Source: an uncultured Chroococcidiopsis sp.
Lineage (GTDB): Bacteria > Cyanobacteriota > Cyanobacteriia > Cyanobacteriales > Chroococcidiopsidaceae
Assembly: GCA_964248365.1 (NCBI GenBank)
Contig: CAXTYC010000017.1
Coordinates: forward strand, 1 to 64,000
DNA: 64,000 bases
Direction of reading: 5' to 3'
The notes below the pieces were generated by a model that worked only from the letters and a program-made list of their open reading frames with translations, did not search any database and was not told where the DNA came from. The translations under genes and the position numbers were made by a program. This document shows, piece after piece, positions 32,174 to 41,090 of this stretch (positions are counted from its first letter, which is position 1; each line of letters opens with the position of its first letter).

Positions 32174-33175
32174 CTATTGTGCTTTTTGAGTAAATTTCCC
32201 ATTAGAATTGTCAAACGCTCTCATAGCAAGGTCTTGTGCTTGTTTGAGTGCTGCTTGTAGTTGACTTGAAAGATTGTCTATCTGTTCGGTCTGCTTGGTA
32301 ATTACTTGCTCTAGAGATTGAACTTTCAATTCATAGCTTTGTTTAGTCGCTTGCCATTCTTTTTCAAATAAGTCTGCTTTGACTTTTGCGTCTTGATTAA
32401 CGTCTCTAATTGCCTCTTCTCTGGCTTTCTTAACAGCTTCATCGAGTTCAGCATTAAAGGCGGTAATTTGCTTTTGATATTCTTCAAATACTGGTTGCTG
32501 CTCAGTTAATATCCTTTCGCGTTCTACCCAATCTTTCTCTTTTAATTGAGTTGTTTCTTGCAATTCCCTTTCTTGATTACGCTTTTTACCTTGGTAGGCA
32601 TCTGCGTTAATTTTACGTGTGAGTTCCAAACGATATTGATAGTCTTCTACTTCTTGTTGCCGCTGTTTGGCTAATAATTCGTTTTGTTCTTGCAGAAGGA
32701 TTTCATACTCAGCTTGTTCTTGTTGCCAAGTTTTTCTGGTTTGAGTTCTGTCTTTTCCGAGTGCTTCTTTTTGGCTAGTAGCGTCTTGCTCAACTGCTTT
32801 TAAGTTTTCTTGGTGTTCTTGGTTTAATATATCCAGAACATCTGCTACTACTCTTATTTGTTGTAACTCTTGCAAGTGTTGAGTTTCAAATTCTATAGCT
32901 TGCTTGATTTCGTCTAGTTTAGAATTTTCTTTGGCTAATTTTTCTGACAGTCCAATTACGATACTGCCAAACTCTAATTGCAAATCAGCCAGCCCTTTAA
33001 CAATACTATCTACAGTGTAGGTAGTTGCTGTTTCAAGGATTTGTTTGTTTTTTTCCTTTTCGGCTGACTCTTGTCGAGTTGCTATTTTTAGTTCAAGCTT
33101 TTTTCTTTGGGCAAGAATTCTTTGAAATGCTGTCATTAGCTGTTCTTTGCTGTCTTTGACTACAAGTTGATTCAT
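32174..33175 (-). CDS. Coiled-coil-rich protein (paralogue 1)
   Basis: E/Q/K heptads; LADLQLEFGS, KVKADL and KQAQDLAMRA match the neighbouring gene. Confidence 0.75.
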   Translation of the reverse strand: MNQLVVKDSKEQLMTAFQRILAQRKKLELKIATRQESAEKEKNKQILETATTYTVDSIVKGLADLQLEFGSIVIGLSEKLAKENSKLDEIKQAIEFETQHLQELQQIRVVADVLDILNQEHQENLKAVEQDATSQKEALGKDRTQTRKTWQQEQAEYEILLQEQNELLAKQRQQEVEDYQYRLELTRKINADAYQGKKRNQERELQETTQLKEKDWVERERILTEQQPVFEEYQKQITAFNAELDEAVKKAREEAIRDVNQDAKVKADLFEKEWQATKQSYELKVQSLEQVITKQTEQIDNLSSQLQAALKQAQDLAMRAFDNSNGKFTQKAQ

Positions 33176-33418
33176 GCTATTTCTCCTAGAATATGTAAAA
33201 ATGTGTAATATTTAGCTAATAGCTTTTAGCTTTTAGAACTGGTGACTGGTGACTGGTAACTGGTAACTGATAACTGGTAACAGCGCGCCAGCTAATAGCT
33301 TTCCCAGCTCAAGGGTAGCTTTCAGCTTAGCTATTTCGCCCAGATGGAAATACTGAAAAAACGACAAAAGTTAGCAAAGCAATTAGCGAGATCGCTAATT
33401 ACTTATTCATTTTTTTAT

Positions 33419-33432
33419 AGTACAAATGTACT
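33419..33432. promoter_or_regulatory. Cyanobacterial LexA box
   Basis: AGTACAAATGTACT matches RGTACNNNDGTWCB; lies in a divergent intergenic region. Confidence 0.65.
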
Positions 33433-33572
33433 GTATCAATTTAATCACCAACATGGGAGATTGTCAAGGTAGAGAGACATTAATTTATTTCCATATCTGC
33501 AATTAGAGGAATTTAGATGTCATTCAATTGGATAATAATGATGCAAGAACAGAAAAAAGCAATGCTTAAGCA

Positions 33573-34322
33573 ATGTTTACTCGTGAATTAACCAAAAGTC
33601 CTCCCCAAGCGGAAATCGGGCAGATGAGCCGCGTTTTAGTGGTCGAAGATGAAACCCTGATTCGGGAAATGCTTGTTATGGCTTTGGAGGCGGAAGGTAT
33701 GAAGATCGCCACCGCTACTGATGGACGATCAGCTCTTGCCTTACTCCAAAGTGCTGAACCTGCTTTTGGAGAGTTCCCCTTTGATCTAGTAATTCTGGAT
33801 TTAATGCTGCCGCAGATCAATGGTTTGGATATCTGCCGCTTTTTGCGTCATCAAGGAAATCCAGTCCCGATATTGATCCTTAGTGCCAAGGGTAGTGAAA
33901 CAGATCGTGTCTTGGGATTGGAAGTGGGAGCAGATGACTACCTCACCAAACCCTTTAGTATGCGTGAGTTAATCGCCCGTTGCCGTGCTTTATTGCGCCG
34001 TCAACGCTTGGGGATACCTCAAGCACCAGTACTACAGTTTAAGGATATTAGCCTTTATCCTCAAGAGTGCCGTGTCACAGTGCGAGGAGAGGAAGTTAGC
34101 CTTTCACCCAAGGAGTTCCGCCTGCTAGAGCTATTCATCACCCACCCCCGTAGAGTTTGGTCGCGCGAACACTTGCTCGATCAAGTCTGGGGAGTAGATT
34201 TTGTCGGAGATAGTAAAACCGTAGACGTTCACATCCGTTGGCTGAGGGAAAAATTAGAAAAAGACCCCAGTCATCCAGAGTATCTTGTAACTGTGCGCGG
34301 GTTTGGTTATAGATTTGGGTAG
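33573..34322 (+). CDS. sphR: OmpR-family phosphate response regulator (PhoB/SphR)
   Basis: Receiver domain (LDLMLP, DDYLTKPF), winged helix TVDVHIRWLREKLE; adjacent to the kinase and phoU. Confidence 0.85.
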   Translation: MFTRELTKSPPQAEIGQMSRVLVVEDETLIREMLVMALEAEGMKIATATDGRSALALLQSAEPAFGEFPFDLVILDLMLPQINGLDICRFLRHQGNPVPILILSAKGSETDRVLGLEVGADDYLTKPFSMRELIARCRALLRRQRLGIPQAPVLQFKDISLYPQECRVTVRGEEVSLSPKEFRLLELFITHPRRVWSREHLLDQVWGVDFVGDSKTVDVHIRWLREKLEKDPSHPEYLVTVRGFGYRFG

Positions 34323-34414
34323 GAGTTAGGGGCGCTGGGGCTAGAGGCTGGAGGCTAGGAGGTAACAGGTTAGATTAGTAATTAATTCATACTTCATCCT
34401 TTATCCTTTATCTA

Positions 34415-35689
34415 ATGACTCTGCTGGCGTTTTTGGTGGGACTAGGGATAGGAATTGGGCTGTGGTTGTGGCAATACACCCAAATTCAGAGGAAATTACG
34501 GCATTTACTCCAGTTGATGCCTGGGGATACTTCATCTGTTTCCTTATCCACTTTGCCACGCTTGCGGCGAGAAATTATTTTGCTTCAACAGCAGCAGGAA
34601 GTTTTGCTCTCCCAACTACAAACCTGGGAACAAGTGCTGCAAGTTGCGCCAGTAGGTTACTTGCAGGTCGATGAAGAAAATCAGCTTTTGTGGTGCAATC
34701 AGCAGGCGCAGCAACTATTGGGTTTAGCTAGGTGGGAACCAAAACAGGTGCGCTTGCTGTTGGAATTAGTGCGATCGTATGAACTTGATTCTTTGATTGA
34801 GCAAACCAGGGAACAACAGCAACCAGAAGTGCGAGAGTGGGTATTCCATCCAGCCAGCGCGGATGCAGCGATGATTAGTGGACTCAAAGCGCTGACTTTA
34901 AGAGCAGCTAGCTTGCCTTTACCAGAGGGACAAGTTGGTGTATTTCTAGAAAATCGGCAACCACTAGTTGATCTTACCCAAGCACGCGATCGCTCTTTTT
35001 CCGACCTAGCCCATGAACTCAAAACGCCGCTGACTTCGATTTTGTTAATAGTAGAAACTTTGCAGCAGCAAGTACAGCCACCTTTGCGTAAATGGGTTGA
35101 CCGCCTTTTGCCTGAAATTCACCGCCTGATTAACTTGGTGCAAAGCTGGCTAGAGTTGAGCCAGCTAGAAGATCCCAACCGACAACTGAATTGTCAACCT
35201 GTTGAAGTGCGATCGCTCATCAAAGGAGTTTGGCAAACCCTCGAACCTTTAGCACAACGCCAACAGCTAAGCCTGAGCTATTCTGGTTCCGAAATATGGC
35301 TTAACGCAGATAAGTCTCGCCTTACCCAAGTGTTTCTTAATTTACTGCATAATAGTATCAAATATAGCCCTTTTCAAGGAACTATCCGCGTTATAGTCAA
35401 CACTGTTGTTGAAACTAACCGCAAGCTGGTGCAGATAAATATTATTGACTCTGGTGCTGGTTTTCCAGCAGCGGATTTACCCCACGTATTTGAGCGACTT
35501 TATCGGGGAGATCCAGCCAGAGCAAACTCCTCAGAATCGTTCAATGATACCGCCTCGCTAGGTACGGGTAGTGGCTTAGGTTTGGCGATCGTTCGGCAAA
35601 TTGTGCTGGCTCACGGTGGCTCAGTCAAAGCGATGAACGATCCAGCGACTGGCGGCGCTTGGCTACAAGTTGAACTTCCTATCTTGTGA
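34415..35689 (+). CDS. sphS: Phosphate sensor histidine kinase (PhoR/SphS)
   Basis: HELKTPLT, NLLHNSIKY, GSGLGLAIV; PAS-like region. Confidence 0.85.
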   Translation: MTLLAFLVGLGIGIGLWLWQYTQIQRKLRHLLQLMPGDTSSVSLSTLPRLRREIILLQQQQEVLLSQLQTWEQVLQVAPVGYLQVDEENQLLWCNQQAQQLLGLARWEPKQVRLLLELVRSYELDSLIEQTREQQQPEVREWVFHPASADAAMISGLKALTLRAASLPLPEGQVGVFLENRQPLVDLTQARDRSFSDLAHELKTPLTSILLIVETLQQQVQPPLRKWVDRLLPEIHRLINLVQSWLELSQLEDPNRQLNCQPVEVRSLIKGVWQTLEPLAQRQQLSLSYSGSEIWLNADKSRLTQVFLNLLHNSIKYSPFQGTIRVIVNTVVETNRKLVQINIIDSGAGFPAADLPHVFERLYRGDPARANSSESFNDTASLGTGSGLGLAIVRQIVLAHGGSVKAMNDPATGGAWLQVELPIL

Positions 35690-35773
35690 CAGATTTGAAG
35701 CACAGACAATTTTTGTAAAGTAACAGTATATTAGAAAAAATTTCTATTAACACATATTAACAAAATTGTTAAG

Positions 35774-36442
35774 GTGAATTCTATCGTCTCCAATTCGCAT
35801 CCTAACCGTTCCCAATTTGAGCGCCGCCTCAAACGCTTAGAATGTGACATTCTGCGAATGGGTGCTTTGGTAGAACGATCTTTTCGTCTGTGCCACCAAT
35901 CGTTATTTGCTCGTAATTTAGAAGCAGCTAAGGAACTTCCCTCACTCGATAAACAAATCGATCAATTCTACCGCCAAATAGAAATGGAATGTGCGGCACT
36001 GCTAACCTTAGAAGCACCAGTTGCAAAAGATTTGCGTTTATTAAGTGCCTTTATGCAACTCGTGCGAGACTTAGAACGAATTGGGGATTATGCCGAGGAT
36101 TTAGGGGAAATTGCGATTAAACTTTTTCCCTATCCACCCCATAAGTGTGTACCGCAGATTGAGGTAATGTCGCACCATGCCCAAGCAATGCTAGCAGCCA
36201 GCCTAGTGGCACTTGCAGATTTGGATGCCCTTGCCGGAAAAGAAGTAAAGCGGCTGGACGATGCCGTAGACACAGCTTACGACCAGGTTTACCAAACCCT
36301 AGCGACCGAACGGGATATCAAAGGAGTAGTGGAGCCAATTATTTTATTAGCATTGGTAATTCGTCATTTAGAGCGGATGGCAGATCATGCCACTAATATT
36401 GGTCAAAGAGTAGCGTACATTGTTACAGGACAAAGGACTTGA
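35774..36442 (+). CDS. phoU: Phosphate signalling protein PhoU
   Basis: DLERIGDYA, HLERMADHATNI. Confidence 0.93.
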   Translation: MNSIVSNSHPNRSQFERRLKRLECDILRMGALVERSFRLCHQSLFARNLEAAKELPSLDKQIDQFYRQIEMECAALLTLEAPVAKDLRLLSAFMQLVRDLERIGDYAEDLGEIAIKLFPYPPHKCVPQIEVMSHHAQAMLAASLVALADLDALAGKEVKRLDDAVDTAYDQVYQTLATERDIKGVVEPIILLALVIRHLERMADHATNIGQRVAYIVTGQRT

Positions 36443-36729
36443 TAATCAGTTATCAGTTATCAGTTATCAGTTATCAGTTGTTAATTTGGGTAACTGTTCA
36501 CTGCTTGTCTGTTCTACAGCAAGTGATCGCAGTTGCAAATCATTAGTGCAATTGAAGTGCTTGGACGTATTGGCGTTAAATTATTCCACATCAATGCCCG
36601 TAATTGTCTGCCAAGTCTTCCCAAGTCCTCTTGCTCGTTTTTGACGAGACAATTTTTAAGCTACGATCGCCTTGTCTTAAACTTTTAGCTCTACCATCAA
36701 ACTGTCAAAGCTATTAGCTTTTTTGTATG

Positions 36730-37437
36730 ACCTGCATCAGCAGTATTTCGCAAACAGCAAGGGCAAGGATATATTGATGGGTTAGGCGATCGCATTATCG
36801 GTTCTTTTGCTAACTGCGCTGGGGGGATAACTCCTTGGGGAACCGTCCTTAGTGCAGAAGAAAACTTTCACTCATCAAGTACCATCTGCATATACTGCGG
36901 ATGGGGCAGCTTTCGATCCGAGTGAACTACCTTTTATTCTCGATGATGGAGAAATGGGCAGTCAAGGCAATGTATTTGGTTTAGCTGGGAATAAGTATGG
37001 TTGGATTGTGGAAGTTGATCCAGCCGATCCTAATAACTACGGCACTAAACACACTTGGCTTGGACGATATTGCCATCAAGCAGTTAGTGTGCGGGTAGAA
37101 GCAGGAAAACAACTGGCTTTTTATTCCCAGTGCGATCGCACACCCAGACACGTTTACAAATTTGTCAGCCGCGATCGTTTTGGCGATTTCAAAGACAAAG
37201 CTAATTCTAGGCTATTGCAAAATGGCATGATCTATGCTGCTGTGCATTCTGGGGAAGGAAATGGAATTTGCCAAAATAAGGCACTAGAAACTCACGCCGT
37301 GACTGTTACTACTACCAAGGGCAAACAATTTTAACAAATTCGCTCTTTGCCAATTGGTTCCAATTGGGCAAGCAAAATGCTTAACATTCCACCCAAACCC
37401 GCCATCGTTGCTATTCAACGTCACACTGGAAGTGTAT
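36730..37437 (+). pseudogene. phoX: PhoX (DUF839) alkaline phosphatase fragment
   Basis: ANCAGGITPWGTVLSAEENF, then a frameshift to KYGWIVEVDP...HTWLGR...YKFVS; no N-terminus, and much of the gene is deleted. Confidence 0.75.
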
Positions 37438-37528
37438 AAAAATAATCAGTAATTCTTATCAACATTTAAAACTAAACATATGGATTTACAAATAACAGTC
37501 CAAATGCACAACTAACGGTTTCTTATAT

Positions 37529-38104
37529 ATGGCTATTAGTACACCAATTTCCAACTTACTTCCTCCACTCTCAGGGCATATCTTTAGTCGTCATGACCTA
37601 ATTGAGCCGAAAGAAAATATCTTGTGGCGGATTGAACGTGGCGCAGTTCGTACTGTTACTTGGAGCGAACAAGGTACTTTAATTACACTAGGATACTGGG
37701 GAATAGGTGACATCGTAGGACAGCCCCTGTCGCGGATAATACCATATCAAATTGAGTGCTTAACAAGCGTAGAAATGGGTATTATACCGCCCCAAATGTG
37801 GCATCAGACAATAGAAGCAATGTTAAAGCATATACAACAATCAGAGGAATTGCTCAGTATTATCCACCGAAAACCTGTTTCTTTAAGATTGTGGCAGTTT
37901 TTAATCTGGTTGAGTCAAAAGTTCGGTAGGGATGTTGATCGAGGAAGATTAATAGATATAGCAGTGACTCATCAGGAGATGGCAGAAGTAATTAATACAA
38001 CACGGGTTTCTGTTACTCGGATGTTGCAGCAGTTTGAAAAAGAAGGAATGCTAAAAAGGCATCAACGACGGTTGATTCTTTGTTTACCAGCTAAAACAAG
38101 TTAA
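37529..38104 (+). CDS. Crp/Fnr family transcriptional regulator
   Basis: WRIERGAVRT, THQEMAEVINTTRVSVTR helix-turn-helix. Confidence 0.88.
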   Translation: MAISTPISNLLPPLSGHIFSRHDLIEPKENILWRIERGAVRTVTWSEQGTLITLGYWGIGDIVGQPLSRIIPYQIECLTSVEMGIIPPQMWHQTIEAMLKHIQQSEELLSIIHRKPVSLRLWQFLIWLSQKFGRDVDRGRLIDIAVTHQEMAEVINTTRVSVTRMLQQFEKEGMLKRHQRRLILCLPAKTS

Positions 38105-38263
38105 ACTGTAAATGAATCAATGTAATGGCGATCGCCCGTGTAATTACGGAGGTACAATTACGGTTTCAAATTGCCCAAATTAGTGCAACAATAAAAAAAC
38201 TCAGTTAATTGCTTAATGCACTTTCTCTTGAGTCAAAACATCGGTGTGAGTGAGAACAAAAAT

Positions 38264-39988
38264 ATGTCGAAACTATTCTGGAATACTTTAAAATTAAGTC
38301 CGCTCTTTCTAACAGCTACCCTAGTTGTAGCAACTCGCGCCTCTGCTGCCGAGCCAAATGCAGCTGAGCAGCACACATCTGTTTCTCAGTTGTCTAACCC
38401 AGCACCAGATAATACAATAGCGCAGGTAACATCAGTTTCTCAGCTGTCTGACGTACAGCCCACAGATTGGGCATTCCAAGCATTGCAGTCCTTGGTAGAG
38501 CGTTACGGCTGTATCGCTGGTTATCCTGATGGCACGTATCGCGGAAACAGAGCTTTGACCCGTTACGAATTTGCTGCTGGGTTAAATGCTTGTTTAGACC
38601 GAGTAAATGAACTAATTGCCACAGCAACAGCTGACAGAGTAAATAAAGAAGACTTAGCTACCCTGCAACGGCTGCAAGAAGAATTTTCCGCCGAACTTGC
38701 TACTTTGCGCGGGAGAGTCGATAGCCTAGAAGCGCAGACAGCTCAACTAGAAGCAAATCAATTCTCCACCACCACCAAGTTAACTGGGGAAGTAATTGCT
38801 GCCGTTTCTGATGTGTTTGGTGGTAACGTAGCACTTAGCTCTAATCCTAACGATCCAACCAACATTGGTAGAGTAGGTCAAAACATAGATAATACCACTA
38901 ACACTGTCTTCTCTGACCGCGTCCGCTTAAACTTTGATACCAGCTTTACTGGAAAAGACTTACTCAGAACTCGCTTGCAAGCTCGTAACGTCGTTCCGTT
39001 TACACGCACAGGAACCCCAGGTGCGCCAGGAGACACGGGTACTCCCATGACTCGCTTAGGCTTTGATGGAGATGAAGGCAACAACATTCGAATTGACAAG
39101 TTGTTCTATCGTTTCCCACTCCTTGGTGATTTCGCTGATGTCAAACTTGATTTCACCAACGCTGAGTTGCAAGAGAACGTCTACACCTTCAACCCTATTT
39201 TTGAAAGCAGCGGTCGGGGTGCTATCAGCCGCTTCGGGCGCTTCAACCCAATCTACCGCTCAGCAGATATTTCAAATTCTGCTACTTTAGGCGGTTCTGC
39301 TTTAACTGTCAACATTAATCCCAAAGGTGCGGTGGGATTGTCTTTAGCTTATGCAGCATCTAACGCTAGTAACCCTGGTAATAATTTCGGATTGTTCAAT
39401 GGTGATTATGCCGCCTTGGGTCAGCTATCTTTCCGTCCTACAGATAATATCAATTTAGGTCTAACCTACGTTCACTCTTACGATAATGCTGTATCGAACG
39501 CTGGTGTTGCCAACTCTATCGCTGTTTCGGGCGGTACGGGTAGTGTTTATGCCAACAACCCCTTCAATGGTGCAGCTACTTCCAGCAACAAATACGGAGC
39601 CGAAGCAAGTATCAAGCTCGGCTCTAAATTAACTCTCTCAGGTTGGGGTGGTTATACTGTTGCTACTGCTGAACAAGGTCCAGGTGCAGTAACTAGAGGA
39701 AATAAAGCCCAGATTTGGAACTGGGCTGCAACATTGGCTTTCCAAGATTTTATCAAAGAAGGTAGCGTACTCGGTGTAATCTTCGGTCAACCGCCAAGAG
39801 CAGGTAGCAATGACCTTGTTGGTCGTAGAGACAGAGGCACTTCCTACCACCTAGAGGGGCTATACCGCTTCCCAATTACAGACAATATTGAAGTTACTCC
39901 AGGTGTAGCTGTAATCTTCAATCCAGAACACAACAACAACAACGACACGGAATATGTAGGCACAGTTAGAACAACCTTCAGGTTCTAA
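38264..39988 (+). CDS. SLH-domain outer-membrane porin (OprB/SomA family)
   Basis: SQLSDVQPTDWAFQAL, TRYEFAAGLNACL, QFSTTTKL, C-terminal RTTFRF. Confidence 0.93.
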   Translation: MSKLFWNTLKLSPLFLTATLVVATRASAAEPNAAEQHTSVSQLSNPAPDNTIAQVTSVSQLSDVQPTDWAFQALQSLVERYGCIAGYPDGTYRGNRALTRYEFAAGLNACLDRVNELIATATADRVNKEDLATLQRLQEEFSAELATLRGRVDSLEAQTAQLEANQFSTTTKLTGEVIAAVSDVFGGNVALSSNPNDPTNIGRVGQNIDNTTNTVFSDRVRLNFDTSFTGKDLLRTRLQARNVVPFTRTGTPGAPGDTGTPMTRLGFDGDEGNNIRIDKLFYRFPLLGDFADVKLDFTNAELQENVYTFNPIFESSGRGAISRFGRFNPIYRSADISNSATLGGSALTVNINPKGAVGLSLAYAASNASNPGNNFGLFNGDYAALGQLSFRPTDNINLGLTYVHSYDNAVSNAGVANSIAVSGGTGSVYANNPFNGAATSSNKYGAEASIKLGSKLTLSGWGGYTVATAEQGPGAVTRGNKAQIWNWAATLAFQDFIKEGSVLGVIFGQPPRAGSNDLVGRRDRGTSYHLEGLYRFPITDNIEVTPGVAVIFNPEHNNNNDTEYVGTVRTTFRF

Positions 39989-40018
39989 AACTATCCTCAA
40001 AACCTACTTATTTTTGCC

Positions 40019-40044
40019 AAAGTCCGCCCCTGCGGGCTTTTTTT
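40019..40044 (+). terminator. Intrinsic terminator after the porin gene
   Basis: aaagtccgc-ccct-gcgggcttttttt. Confidence 0.75.
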
Positions 40045-40047
40045 GTC

Positions 40048-40111
40048 AGTAGGGGGGGTTTAACAAAAAACTCGCCTTGACAACAAATATTTTTCGTCAG
40101 GAGCGCCCCTA
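40048..40111. repeat. GTAGGGG...CCCCTAC REP-like element
   Basis: Same family as 23277-23338 and 59651-59716. Confidence 0.65.
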
Positions 40112-40399
40112 CTATAGCAGGGATTCGGGAGTAGCGCGAAGACAAACGCGGAGGTTTCCTCCGCGCAGAACGAGGTAAGAGAGGGAGTAGGAAGTAGGGT
40201 AAGAAGACTTGTAACAATTGTCTTCTAGTAAATTGTCTTGTCCTAATCTATCTACTTACTGCTATACCACCAAAGCTTTTTAATTTTCTGGCTCCAAATT
40301 GGGCGCTTTTTGAATTCCCTCCTGACACCTTTTTGTCACATTTGTCTAGAAAACTAGGATCGCCAATGGTTACTTCTACTCAAGCCTCACCCCCTTACC

Positions 40400-40799
40400 T
40401 CTGCTCACGATACGTAAACGACTTCAATCTACAGCAGCGAACTTATCGGGTGTATGTCCAGGCTGACGCGCATCGCTCTAATCCTGTAGATATTTGCATC
40501 TACGTGCGTTCTGCCAACAATCAGGGGATTTTCGCTGACTAAAGCGACAGTGGAAGCGGCACAAGAGCGTCTCAGACCGATTCTAATGACGGTTTTTTCT
40601 CTTATTGGGTTTTTGGCTACTGGTAATTGCCAAAGCAGGCGCACAGAGCCGACAATCTCTAGCAACTGCTGTCTTTGGTGGTTTGCTTGTCTCTACTTTC
40701 TTAAGCTTATTTGTCGTGCCAGTTTTGTATATAGTGTTTGGAAATATCCGCAAGCGCTTTGAGAGAAAGGAAGTAGGTCAAAAGTCTTGTAACAATTGA
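40400..40799 (+). pseudogene. Fragments of an HAE1-family RND efflux permease
   Basis: YVNDFNLQQRTYRVYVQADA, EAAQERLRPILMT and AVFGGLLVSTFLSLFVVPVLY in broken frames. Confidence 0.8.
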
Positions 40800-41090
40800 C
40801 TTATAGTAAATTAACTTGTCTTCATCTATCTACTTACTGCTATACAAGCTGCAAAAGTGTGTTTTTCCTTAATGCGGTTGATGGTTTGAAAAATTGAATT
40901 TTAACAGCGGCTATACAAGCAAGCTGTGCGATCGCTTTTGGTGTTGAATTGGAAAATATAATAATGTCTTGCCCTAAAAGTCACGTTTTAATACTTGTAG
41001 ATTAAAATACTACTCATCCAAGCTTAGCAATTAAGCCCAGGAAGCTGGATAACTGCACTTTTCTATAGAGAAGACTTGGAGGACAGCTAT

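Noticed and set aside
35745..35773. Pho box upstream of phoU
   Set aside because: TTAAC units are spaced 10 bp apart and match the cyanobacterial consensus poorly
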